Assembly: GCA_005776395.1 (NCBI GenBank)
Contig: SXPJ01000003.1
Span: 29,227 to 93,226, forward strand
Direction of reading: 5' to 3'
DNA length: 64,000 bases
Source: Bdellovibrionales bacterium
GTDB lineage: Bacteria; Bdellovibrionota; FAC87; UBA2466
Position numbers and translations under genes: made by a program. Positions 39,574-48,848 of the stretch are shown one piece after another (the first letter of the stretch is position 1; every line of letters begins with the position of its first letter). Under the pieces are notes generated by a model. It did no database searches, had not been told where the DNA came from, and saw only the letters and a program-made list of their open reading frames with translations.

Positions 39574-39942
39574 TTATTTTTCTTCAGGATAGTTTTTCTC
39601 TCTCCAAGATTTAATACCGCCATCCATAGAGACAACATGTGTGTAACCCATTCGCTGAAGGACTTCAGTAGCAAGAGCTGAACGAAAACCGCCCCCACAA
39701 TAAAGAACAATTTCGGACTCTTTATTAGGAATTAAAGCTTCGATATCTCGCTCAATGACCCCTTTTCCGATATGCTTAGCCCCTTTAGCATGACCTGATA
39801 TCCATTCGTTGTCCTCTCTTACATCTACAAAATGAAATTTTTCTCCATTGGAGAGCCTTTTAAAAACCTCTTCCACTGTCGATTCTTTAATCCTCTTTCT
39901 AGCCTCTTCACAAATCTTTAAAAATTCAGATGAATGTTTCAT
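39574..39942 (-). CDS. Rhodanese-domain sulfurtransferase
   Basis: Active-site loop YCGGGFRSA, a single rhodanese domain of 122 aa. Confidence 0.75.
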   Translation of the reverse strand: MKHSSEFLKICEEARKRIKESTVEEVFKRLSNGEKFHFVDVREDNEWISGHAKGAKHIGKGVIERDIEALIPNKESEIVLYCGGGFRSALATEVLQRMGYTHVVSMDGGIKSWREKNYPEEK

Positions 39943-39959
39943 AATACCCTCTTTTCTTG

Positions 39960-41357
39960 TTATGCCTCTTGAAAGGCTCTTCTTAAAAGCGGAATCAAGT
40001 CTATTTGAATTAATCTCTTAGCTTTCACTAAATCGACTTCACAAGCCTCTTTGATTCCACTGCACAACTCAGACAAAATTTCATCCTCTAACTTACCCGC
40101 TTCAAGTGCGATGCGATAGGGAATCCGACTAAACGATACCAAACGGTAACGCGACATATATTCCCCTGGGAATTCTTTCTCAAGTATCTTCTCAACCTCT
40201 TTCGCCATTAAAAATGGTTTATCCGCAACTTTATCCCGCATCTCCACAAAATTATTGACTGCGAGATCTGCAATCGCATCCCCATTGGGTTTTCTACTCT
40301 TGCTAAACTCTTCAAACAATGGGCCCCAGGAAATCTTTTTTAAATCAGGGGCTGCTTTTAAAATCATATTCCATAAAACTGCCACATCTTCAAATCCACA
40401 GTTCATCCCCTGCCCAAAAAATGGAACAATCGCATGAGCGGCATCTCCTAAAAGCACTACGTCATCCGAATGGTGCCAAGGATAGGCCTTAACTGTCACC
40501 ATTTGCCCCGTAGGATGAGTTATAAATTGTTCAACAAAATCTGGGATAAGGGGCACCACATCAGGGAACTGCTCTCTAAAAAAGGCTTCAATTTTCTCTT
40601 GGCTATTTAAGGTCTCAAAACTTAGCGACCCCTGATTAGAAAGAAATAACGTACAGGTAAAACTTCCTTCGTAGTTAGGCAGTGCAATAAGCATGTAGGA
40701 TCCCCGTGGCCAGATATGAAGCCCATGCTTTTCCATCTTAAAGCTACCGTGAGGTCCGCAAGCCATATTTAACTCTTTATAACCATGGCTTAACAAAGAC
40801 TCAGATTCTTCATGCCCGAAATCATCTCTCAAGGTGTGCCGTAGGACCGAAGCTGAACCATCGGTCCCAAACACCCTAACAAAAGGAGTTGTAATCTCTT
40901 TTTGTGTTTTATCGTTTTGAAAACTTAAAGTTTTCTTATCTAGATCCGCTTTAATCAATTTTTCCTGGAAATGAATTTTTACCTTTTCAGTAGATTCCGC
41001 ATAGGTCATCAGCATCTTATTCAATTCCCCTCTGGAAATAGAATAGATACATTCTGAATCGTCTTTCCCATAGCGCTGAAATACCGTTGGACCCGAAATA
41101 GGATGAATAATCCTCCCTGGCATCGCAATGGCTTTAGTCATGATCTGCTCATGAACTCCTAGCTTCTCTAAGGCGTAGAGTCCTCTCACTGACATCGCGA
41201 GATTAATAGATCTACCAGCGCTAATAGCCTCTTTTCTCATGTCGACACGACGCTCAAATAGATCAACCTCAAATCCTAGTTTTGCAAGAACAGTGGCCAG
41301 TAATGAACCTACTAAACCCGCCCCTACAACTGTCATTTTTGAGTCGTTATTTGACAT
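39960..41357 (-). CDS. kmo: Kynurenine 3-monooxygenase (FAD-dependent)
   Basis: FAD-binding N-terminus MTVVGAGLVGSLLATVLAKLGFEVDLFERR and the class A flavoprotein monooxygenase GD/DG motifs (LLGDAAHAIVPFFGQG), 465 aa. Confidence 0.85.
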   Translation of the reverse strand: MSNNDSKMTVVGAGLVGSLLATVLAKLGFEVDLFERRVDMRKEAISAGRSINLAMSVRGLYALEKLGVHEQIMTKAIAMPGRIIHPISGPTVFQRYGKDDSECIYSISRGELNKMLMTYAESTEKVKIHFQEKLIKADLDKKTLSFQNDKTQKEITTPFVRVFGTDGSASVLRHTLRDDFGHEESESLLSHGYKELNMACGPHGSFKMEKHGLHIWPRGSYMLIALPNYEGSFTCTLFLSNQGSLSFETLNSQEKIEAFFREQFPDVVPLIPDFVEQFITHPTGQMVTVKAYPWHHSDDVVLLGDAAHAIVPFFGQGMNCGFEDVAVLWNMILKAAPDLKKISWGPLFEEFSKSRKPNGDAIADLAVNNFVEMRDKVADKPFLMAKEVEKILEKEFPGEYMSRYRLVSFSRIPYRIALEAGKLEDEILSELCSGIKEACEVDLVKAKRLIQIDLIPLLRRAFQEA

Positions 41358-42621
41358 GTTTTTTTAATATCTCGCACAGTTCAAAAACATCTTGAAAGCT
41401 ATTATAGAGTGGCACAGGTGCAAACCTTAAAACTCCCGGCTCTCGATAATCGCACACAACCCCTTCTTCGCTTAATTTTTTCATTACTGCTTTACCTGTT
41501 TTTCCGAACTCTAAAGAAAGGGCACATCCTCGTTCCTTGGGAGTTGAAGGGGTCAGAATCTTTACCAACTTAAATTCATCCTGTTTTAATAAGGCTTCAA
41601 AGTAGTGAGTAAGAAGTTCACTTTTTCTTCTTAGATTAGCCATACCTACTTCATCGAAAATCTCCATTGAAGCTCTTAGAGTTGCCATGGGCAAAATAGG
41701 AGGATTACTCAATTGCCACCCCTCAGCTCCTGCCATCGGTCGAAACTCAGGCTCCATCAAAAACCGTTTTACTTTATCGTGCCCCCACCAGCCTTCAAGA
41801 CGAGGACGACTAAACTCTTCGGCGTGTCGCTCATGGACAAAGCAACCGCCTAAAGCCCCTGGACCTGCATTTAAATATTTATAAGAACACCAAACAGCGA
41901 AATCAACTTTGTCATCATGAAGTTGAAGCTCTAAATTTCCAGCCCCATGGGCCAAATCTACTCCAAATATAATTTGTTGAGTATGCGCTAGAGTCGCAAT
42001 CTCTTTAAGAGGAAAAGCTTGTCCTGTTCGATAGTTCACATCTCCAAGTAAAACAAGTGCAATGGAATCTCCTTCCGCCTGAATCAGCTCCTCAAGATCA
42101 CGAATATTTAAAAGGGTTTCATTCGGACGGGGACGCCATTCCAGAATAGTCTCTTTAGGATCCAACCCGTGAAGTTTTGCATGAGAAGCCACCGCATATT
42201 GATCCGAAGGGAAAGCACCTGCTTCGATCACAATTTTATATTTTTTCTTTGTAGGACGATAAAAGGAGATAAGCATTAAGTGAAGATTAACGGTAAGTGT
42301 ATTCATTACCACCACTTCAAGGGGTTTAGCCCCTACCAGTCGCGCCGTCGAATCGGTTAGAAACTCATGATAGGGATACCAGGGATGTTTTCCAACTTGA
42401 TGCCCCTCTACCGCAAGAGTTTCCCAATCATTTAAAACCTCATCTACATAGGCTCTGGCTTTTTTAGGCTGAAGTCCTAGAGAATTACCCACAAAATAGA
42501 GAACATTTCGCCCATCCTTTTGTTTGGGAAAATAGAATTGCTCTCGATACTTCTTTAGAGGATCAGCCGCATCCATTTTCGTCGCATAAGCAGCCCCTAA
42601 TTCAAATTGAGTCTCTTTCAC
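41347..42621 (-). CDS. kynU: Kynureninase (PLP-dependent)
   Basis: Aminotransferase class V fold with the kynureninase pattern (YLNAGPGA, conserved Lys region SYKYLN), 424 aa. Overlaps the kmo start. Confidence 0.85.
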   Translation of the reverse strand: MKETQFELGAAYATKMDAADPLKKYREQFYFPKQKDGRNVLYFVGNSLGLQPKKARAYVDEVLNDWETLAVEGHQVGKHPWYPYHEFLTDSTARLVGAKPLEVVVMNTLTVNLHLMLISFYRPTKKKYKIVIEAGAFPSDQYAVASHAKLHGLDPKETILEWRPRPNETLLNIRDLEELIQAEGDSIALVLLGDVNYRTGQAFPLKEIATLAHTQQIIFGVDLAHGAGNLELQLHDDKVDFAVWCSYKYLNAGPGALGGCFVHERHAEEFSRPRLEGWWGHDKVKRFLMEPEFRPMAGAEGWQLSNPPILPMATLRASMEIFDEVGMANLRRKSELLTHYFEALLKQDEFKLVKILTPSTPKERGCALSLEFGKTGKAVMKKLSEEGVVCDYREPGVLRFAPVPLYNSFQDVFELCEILKKHVK

Positions 42622-43635
42622 CTATTTAAACCTCTCCTTGGTGAGCCCCAACCATTGGAGAGCATTCATTCCCAACAGTTTCTGTCTTAATTGGGGCTTT
42701 AATCCCTTGATAGACTCAATAAGTCCCCCAGGATCAGACTCTCCAAGAGGAAAAGGATAATCGCTTCCCATAGAGACTTTATCTTCCCCAAAAGTCTGCA
42801 TAATATAGAGAAGAGCCATGGGATCATGAACTAAGGAATCGACCCAAAACTTCCCAAGATACTCTCGAGGATTAATTCGATTATCTAAGGCGCAAAGATC
42901 TGGCCTCACAAGCCAGCCCTGCTCTACTCTTCCTATAGTGATAGGAAACGCTCCACCTCCGTGAGCAAATGCCACTCGAAGATTAGGCAATCGCTCAAAA
43001 ACACCTCCGAAAATCATTGAACAAATCGCAAGAGAAACCTCGGCCGGCATTCCCACAAGCCACGGAAGCCAATACTTGGGCATTCGGTCCGTGCCCATCA
43101 TTTCCCAGGGATGAACAAAGATAGCAGCCCCCAATTTCTCTGCCTCTTGAAAAACAGGGAAAAGTTCACGGTGTTCCAAATTCCATTGATTAACATGTGA
43201 ACCAATTTGAATTCCGCATAGGCCAAGATCTTTAATACACCGATTAAGTTCCTGAATGGCTAATCCAGGATCTTGCATAGGAAGAGTTCCCAGCCCCACA
43301 AACCGCTTCGGATATTGAGCCACAACTCCAGCTATGTGATCATTTAAATATTTAGCAATCTCAAGATTATCTTTACCAGGGATTGCGTAATTAAACATAA
43401 CTGGAACTGTCGAAAGGACTTGGACATCCACATTGCTAGCCTTAGCCTCTTCGATCCTTTTTTCAGGATCCCAACAATTACTTTCAATGTCTCTAAAAAA
43501 CCTTCCATCATCCCAGAGCATTTTTGCAGAGCAGGTCGAAGTTTTAGCCAGTTCAATAAAACCCCCATACCCAAACCTCTTTTTAAAACTGGGAATTTCT
43601 GGAGGTAAAATATGGGTATGGATATCGATTTTCAT
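42622..43635 (-). CDS. 2-amino-3-carboxymuconate-6-semialdehyde decarboxylase (ACMSD, amidohydrolase-2 family)
   Basis: N-terminal metal-binding MKIDIHTHILP and the amidohydrolase_2 TIM barrel, 337 aa. Encoded in the operon between haaO and kynU. Confidence 0.7.
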   Translation of the reverse strand: MKIDIHTHILPPEIPSFKKRFGYGGFIELAKTSTCSAKMLWDDGRFFRDIESNCWDPEKRIEEAKASNVDVQVLSTVPVMFNYAIPGKDNLEIAKYLNDHIAGVVAQYPKRFVGLGTLPMQDPGLAIQELNRCIKDLGLCGIQIGSHVNQWNLEHRELFPVFQEAEKLGAAIFVHPWEMMGTDRMPKYWLPWLVGMPAEVSLAICSMIFGGVFERLPNLRVAFAHGGGAFPITIGRVEQGWLVRPDLCALDNRINPREYLGKFWVDSLVHDPMALLYIMQTFGEDKVSMGSDYPFPLGESDPGGLIESIKGLKPQLRQKLLGMNALQWLGLTKERFK

Positions 43636-44138
43636 TTTTTAGAATGGCCCCGGCCACATTTAGAACAGATCGTAGCTTTGGGATTAGAATAAAACCTATC
43701 AAAAACAGGTGGCAGATCTTTTACAATATCTGTCACGTAAAGAAACTCTTCGAAAAGTTTATGATTGCAGCTTTCGCAAAACCAAACAAACCCATCTTTT
43801 TCATTAGGCCATCGTTTTCTCTCAATAACTAAACCTACGCTATTAATAGGTCGCCTAGGAGAATGGGGAACCTTAGGAGGAAGTAAAAAGATCTCTCCAG
43901 CTTTGATAGGAAAATCGATAAATTCCCCCTGCTCTACCATCTTCAAGTTCATTTCTCCTTCTAATTGATAGAAGAACTCTTCCCCTTGATTGATATGGTA
44001 ATCGGCACGGCTATTAGGCCCCCCTACAATCGTAATCATAAACTCTCGATCGAGCCAAATCTGCTGATTCCCTACTGGAGGCTTAAGAAGAGCTCGATTA
44101 TCTGAGATCCATTTTTGTAAATTAATTGGGGGGAACAC
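43632..44138 (-). CDS. haaO: 3-hydroxyanthranilate 3,4-dioxygenase (cupin) with a C-terminal rubredoxin-like Cys4 site
   Basis: Cupin core VGGPNSRADYHINQGEEFFYQLEG, with C-terminal CESC…CSKC. Confidence 0.8.
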   Translation of the reverse strand: MFPPINLQKWISDNRALLKPPVGNQQIWLDREFMITIVGGPNSRADYHINQGEEFFYQLEGEMNLKMVEQGEFIDFPIKAGEIFLLPPKVPHSPRRPINSVGLVIERKRWPNEKDGFVWFCESCNHKLFEEFLYVTDIVKDLPPVFDRFYSNPKATICSKCGRGHSKK

Positions 44139-44280
44139 TCTTAATTCTCTCCTTTTAAAGTGTATAAACCTCTTTTATTTTAAGTGCGAACCCCCCGATT
44201 TTCAAGGAGAAGTTCCTCTTGTCGAAAAAGCTCGTCTTAAGATATACTTTTTTCAAACAAACAAATTCTTCGGAGAATTT

Positions 44281-44835
44281 ATGGCCCTTACCCCCTCCAA
44301 CATGCTTCCCTTAGGAACCCTTGCTCCTGAATTCAAACTTTATGACACTGAGGGTAATTTAGTTGGGCTGGACTATTTCCCAGAGGCCAAGGGCTATCTC
44401 GTAATGTTTATTTGTAACCACTGCCCCTATGTCATTCACTTAAAAGAGTCTCTAGCGAAATTAACCTGTGAATATTTAAAGAAGGGAATTGCAATCTTTG
44501 GGATCAACTCAAATGATTACCTAAATTATTCTGATGACAGTCCTGATAAGATGAGAGCCGACACGAAAAAATTTCATTACAATTTTCCTTACTTAATAGA
44601 TGAAACTCAAGAAATAGCCAAAGCTTATCAAGCCGCCTGTACTCCAGACTTCTTCCTTTTCGATCAAAACAAAAAGCTAGTGTACCGTGGACAATACGAT
44701 AGTAGTCGCCCCAAAAATGGGTTTCCAATTACAGGCAATGATTTAAAGAGGGCTCTAGATGCCGTTCTTACTCATTCGATGATAAGCCCTGAACAGATAC
44801 CCAGTATCGGATGTAATATTAAATGGAAAGATTAA
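44281..44835 (+). CDS. Thioredoxin-fold protein (AhpC/TSA/TlpA-like) with a CxxC motif
   Basis: LGTLAPEFKLYDTEGN…VMFICNHCPYV matches the peroxiredoxin/TlpA N-terminal pattern. Confidence 0.55.
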   Translation: MALTPSNMLPLGTLAPEFKLYDTEGNLVGLDYFPEAKGYLVMFICNHCPYVIHLKESLAKLTCEYLKKGIAIFGINSNDYLNYSDDSPDKMRADTKKFHYNFPYLIDETQEIAKAYQAACTPDFFLFDQNKKLVYRGQYDSSRPKNGFPITGNDLKRALDAVLTHSMISPEQIPSIGCNIKWKD

Positions 44836-44884
44836 GTGGAATCAATCTAATTTCGATATGAATCTAAGTGGTTAGACGAAGTTT

Positions 44885-45226
44885 TTAGAGCTTTTTAAAA
44901 AGTTCACTAAATTTGATTCCATACAAATTACAAATCTTCCATAGCGTATAAATGGTAAAATTTTGTCCTGCTTCGATGCGCTGTAAATGGCGCCAGGACT
45001 TCCAGCCATGCTCTTCGGTTCCTTCTAAAGTCCAACCTCGATCAGTCCTTAATTTCTTAATTCTTTCTCTTAGAATCTTCTGAAACAGAATAAATTCTTC
45101 TTCTTTCTTTTCCATGGCAAATATCCCGATGCTTGACCTGTTGTGGTTATGATTTTTATTATTCTTTCTTGTTTTCACCTTAATCCTCTTTATTATTTTG
45201 TGTACTCCAGATAAGATGTATTCCAT
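44885..45226 (-). CDS. Small XRE-family HTH DNA-binding protein
   Basis: C-terminal Cro/C1-type HTH (…LQRIEAGQNFTIYTLWKICNLYGIKFSELF). The N-terminus is basic, so the true start may be the internal Met (MEKKEEEF). Confidence 0.45.
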   Translation of the reverse strand: MEYILSGVHKIIKRIKVKTRKNNKNHNHNRSSIGIFAMEKKEEEFILFQKILRERIKKLRTDRGWTLEGTEEHGWKSWRHLQRIEAGQNFTIYTLWKICNLYGIKFSELFKKL

Positions 45227-45250
45227 TTTTTAATTCCTACCCCCATTTTT

Positions 45251-47023
45251 TTATCTAACTTTCTTAAGAGTTATCTTACTAATTCTGCGCTGCCCCGAAA
45301 GGATGTAAAAACCTTCAAACTCAAGTTCATCCAAAGAAAACTGTCCTTTAATTTGAGCCCATTTATAACTGTCTAGCTCGCCACTAGTCAGAACTAGAGC
45401 TCCATCGGATTTTCTAAAGGTTCCGTAATTAAAAGGAAGATTGATGAATTGAGTTACTAATTTTCCCATACAGCTATTGGGTCCGTCTTTAGTGATGGTA
45501 AGCTCAACGGGTTTATCATCTAAAAAACCTTGATAGGTCCCTGAAAGATTTTTTGGGATCTTTCTCTTCTCAGTAATAAGAGGGGAAAACTTTAAAATCT
45601 GCTTCCCCAAAAAAGGCAGATTGACCAAGTTATTAGTCACTTTTCCCTCAACAGATGTCTGATTATCCTGCATCGTAATTTTAAATATCATATCCCAAAT
45701 TTGATAGGCCCGATGAGAATAGATCGGAGAACCCTGTGCAAAATGATGTGCTTCAAACAGATCTTTCTGTCCTTCAAAGGCCACATAAAAAAAACCATAA
45801 TCAACGGGATATGAAGAGTTCCCATTCTGATACATAGTGAAGGCAATGATATATTTTCCATCTCCCGTAGAGGATAAGATAAAAGTCCCTACCTTATCTC
45901 CAATCGTTATGTCGTAAATTCCCTCAGCATCCTTCTCATTAATGGCTCCCATCACTGCAATTCGATTGCCTAACTGAGTAATAAATTCGGTTCTCTCGCT
46001 AATTCCAAAGTCTTCATACTTTTGTTTTAAAACCCCCAAAATATTTTTAAGAAAACTTAATTGCTCTTTTGGGACCTCCTGTTCACGATATAGAGAAAAG
46101 AGCATATTCCCTAGCTCCACCCATTGAGTAGGCATCATGGCATCAAAAGCAGATTTCAATCCTTCAAATTCAATGCTCCCGCCTTGAATCAATACCTTCC
46201 CTAGCCCGTCGATTAAAAGGTTCCCGGGAAATAGCTTAATAGCTATGGATAAATTACCAGGGTACTTAGATAAATTTACAGCAAGCTTTGCTATCCAATC
46301 GAGCTGCTCAAGTAAAGAGCGGAGCTCTTTAGTCACAACCATTCTCTGCTGAATAAAGTTAAACACCTCTACCATAGCTATCTGTCCCTGAACTCGATGA
46401 ATAACCTCCCCCAATTGTGCTACTGAAAACTCTCTACTTTGCTTGAGAATAGCCTTAACTGTCTCAGCCTGCAGTTCTTCATATTGACCGATCACAAAAG
46501 CTTCACTCTTAAACTCTCTAATAACCTCAAGTGAAATTGAGATCCCCACATTCAACTTCATAAACTCATCTACTGTAGAGGCTCTTTTTAAAAGATCAGA
46601 TTGTACCTGTGCCGCTAAGTACCGAGTTTGATTATCCGCATACTGAAAAAAAACTCTCAAAAACTCTGGGGAATCCGAAGCAAACCTCACCCATTTAATA
46701 GCACTCTTTGTTAAGGCTTGAGATAAAGACAATACCGGATTAGCACCATAACTCTCAAAATCCAGTTTAATCCCAACCTGTAAAAGCTTAGGGATAATTT
46801 CAATTAAAGGAAATAACTCCTCTTTTGTAGAAATTTGAGAAGCTATTCCTTGAAGCTCACTCGTTACCTTAATGAACTCGAGACGCCCTAATGATGCACG
46901 TTTCAACACCTCCTCAGCTGTAGGAGTAGCTGCGACAAGATGCTGAGTTATTCCAAAAACAAAAAGCATCCCCATCTTAAGAAATAATTTAAAAGTAAGT
47001 CTTCTAGCCATAATAATATTCAA
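45251..47023 (-). CDS. Secreted hypothetical protein, last gene of the NfrB-like envelope operon
   Basis: Signal peptide, 590 aa, no recognised domain. It is co-directional with the NfrB-like operon, 28 bp downstream of the 598 aa gene. Confidence 0.4.
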   Translation of the reverse strand: MNIIMARRLTFKLFLKMGMLFVFGITQHLVAATPTAEEVLKRASLGRLEFIKVTSELQGIASQISTKEELFPLIEIIPKLLQVGIKLDFESYGANPVLSLSQALTKSAIKWVRFASDSPEFLRVFFQYADNQTRYLAAQVQSDLLKRASTVDEFMKLNVGISISLEVIREFKSEAFVIGQYEELQAETVKAILKQSREFSVAQLGEVIHRVQGQIAMVEVFNFIQQRMVVTKELRSLLEQLDWIAKLAVNLSKYPGNLSIAIKLFPGNLLIDGLGKVLIQGGSIEFEGLKSAFDAMMPTQWVELGNMLFSLYREQEVPKEQLSFLKNILGVLKQKYEDFGISERTEFITQLGNRIAVMGAINEKDAEGIYDITIGDKVGTFILSSTGDGKYIIAFTMYQNGNSSYPVDYGFFYVAFEGQKDLFEAHHFAQGSPIYSHRAYQIWDMIFKITMQDNQTSVEGKVTNNLVNLPFLGKQILKFSPLITEKRKIPKNLSGTYQGFLDDKPVELTITKDGPNSCMGKLVTQFINLPFNYGTFRKSDGALVLTSGELDSYKWAQIKGQFSLDELEFEGFYILSGQRRISKITLKKVR

Positions 47024-47051
47024 TCAGAACTTTTCTAACGGAACTCCTTTC

Positions 47052-48848
47052 TCAAAACTCCTCTAGCGCTTCAGGGGTTCGAAGTAAGGGCTGACTACCG
47101 ATCCATTTCTTTAGATCGACAAACTCATATCCAGCCTTTCGAGTCCCTTCAATTAATGCTTCAATCGCTGAGACATCTCCTACAAATCTTGCCAACCCTT
47201 CATTACTGGTCTCTTCAAGAAGAAAGGGGTGGAGAAAGAAGGAGGCCCAAGCATCTCTCATCTTTCTATTTCTCTTCATAATTCGTACCATGTCATGAAT
47301 AGTAAGAGTTCTTAAGACCTGTTCGTTAAGGTAAGCTTGCACATTTCCTACATTCTCTGGAATAATCCTCTGTCCATAAACATCTCCAAAGACCTCATAA
47401 GGATAAAATTGCCCACTGGGGAGAAGAACTTTTGGAAACTCCACCTTGAGATCGTCAAAATATTTAAGCCTCTGCCCTTCGAGGGAGCGGTCAGGAGACT
47501 CAATATTTAAATTAGCAGGCAATTTTAAACTCCCAGTTTTACTAAAAGGGAAGTAGATCATTCGTCCAATACTCCAGTTAAAAAGTCGACTAAATATAAG
47601 GTAGTCCAAAGGGGAGGCCTGATAGTGAGGGGTCACCCATGCAATCGGATTAATTCCGACATCAGAGAAAAGATGTCGACCTTCCTCTATACGATTAACT
47701 ACATAAGAGGCTGAATCTCTATCCACAGGAATATTATGGACTCGATCCCAGAACTCAAAATCATCCCCTGACATCGCTGTAAAAGGATTGGGACGAGTCC
47801 CATATTGATGAGTCACCCCATGAAAAACGACACTCCCTCCACGCTCTTCAGCATACTTCAAAAAATCCACAAAATTTCTATTTTGCGTAATAGGAACAAA
47901 TCGATCTTCAATCTTCTCCTCCGCAACTCCTAAGGGATCGGTAAAAATAGGGATCACAGTCATACTAAAAGGGACTTTGTGCTTATAAAGAAGATCGGTC
48001 ATTTGATAGAGCTGCCATAATTGAAGCTTCGGATGAATATCCTCCAATCGAAAAAGAGCGGGCCGGTTATTGTCCTGTCTTCTAGGTTTTTCATTCAATA
48101 CATCAAATAAAATATCAGCCAAAATTAGATAACGATCTTCCTCGGTTGCAAATGAGAATGGACTATCAGCGACATACCAATGATTTTGATTCTTCAAAAT
48201 GTATGGGGATTTCACCCCCTCTTGAGTTGAATGCTGCGCCCAACTAACCACATATTTCGAGCTTTCGGCATTAAGAAGCTTAAATAGAACAATTTCGAAA
48301 GATGCTAGGAACGACTTTCGATTCTGAAGATCAAAGTCTCCAAACTTATTAAAAACCTCCTCTTGATAGGTAAAAGATTTAAAAAAACCGGGGCGACCTT
48401 TGGCGTCCAATTTCTCATAGTCCAACGCAGACAATCCCGTAAACTCCACACCCCACAAGCTAGCCAACTCCTCTTTAGGAATCTTCCAAATTTGATATCC
48501 CGCCCACACTACATTTTTTTTCGTTTTAATATAGTCTTTGATAAATGCATCTGGAATTTCGGCATCATAATAGGTCCCAAGATAAAAACTGGCCTCACAA
48601 TTCTCTAGCTGTCCGCTCTTATAGTTTTCAATTGGACGAATGACCTGTTGATAATTTGGAAAGTGGCCCAAAAGATTCTGCAATAGGATAGTATGAATTC
48701 TTCCAAAGTAATACTTAGAGGAAGCCTTATCAGCTCTGTCATAATACAGCTGTATGCATTTCATGCTCTCGGCATTACTCTCAGAAAATCGACACCCTAT
48801 AAACACAAGTAAAACCGTAATTATAATATATCCTATTATTCGATTCAT
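47052..48848 (-). CDS. Membrane-anchored hypothetical protein, possibly a polysaccharide-modifying (deacetylase-like) enzyme
   Basis: N-terminal TM segment, then a His-rich putative metal site (VVFHGVTHQYG). Its start overlaps the NfrB-like gene stop (ATGA coupling). The family assignment is tentative. Confidence 0.35.
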   Translation of the reverse strand: MNRIIGYIIITVLLVFIGCRFSESNAESMKCIQLYYDRADKASSKYYFGRIHTILLQNLLGHFPNYQQVIRPIENYKSGQLENCEASFYLGTYYDAEIPDAFIKDYIKTKKNVVWAGYQIWKIPKEELASLWGVEFTGLSALDYEKLDAKGRPGFFKSFTYQEEVFNKFGDFDLQNRKSFLASFEIVLFKLLNAESSKYVVSWAQHSTQEGVKSPYILKNQNHWYVADSPFSFATEEDRYLILADILFDVLNEKPRRQDNNRPALFRLEDIHPKLQLWQLYQMTDLLYKHKVPFSMTVIPIFTDPLGVAEEKIEDRFVPITQNRNFVDFLKYAEERGGSVVFHGVTHQYGTRPNPFTAMSGDDFEFWDRVHNIPVDRDSASYVVNRIEEGRHLFSDVGINPIAWVTPHYQASPLDYLIFSRLFNWSIGRMIYFPFSKTGSLKLPANLNIESPDRSLEGQRLKYFDDLKVEFPKVLLPSGQFYPYEVFGDVYGQRIIPENVGNVQAYLNEQVLRTLTIHDMVRIMKRNRKMRDAWASFFLHPFLLEETSNEGLARFVGDVSAIEALIEGTRKAGYEFVDLKKWIGSQPLLRTPEALEEF

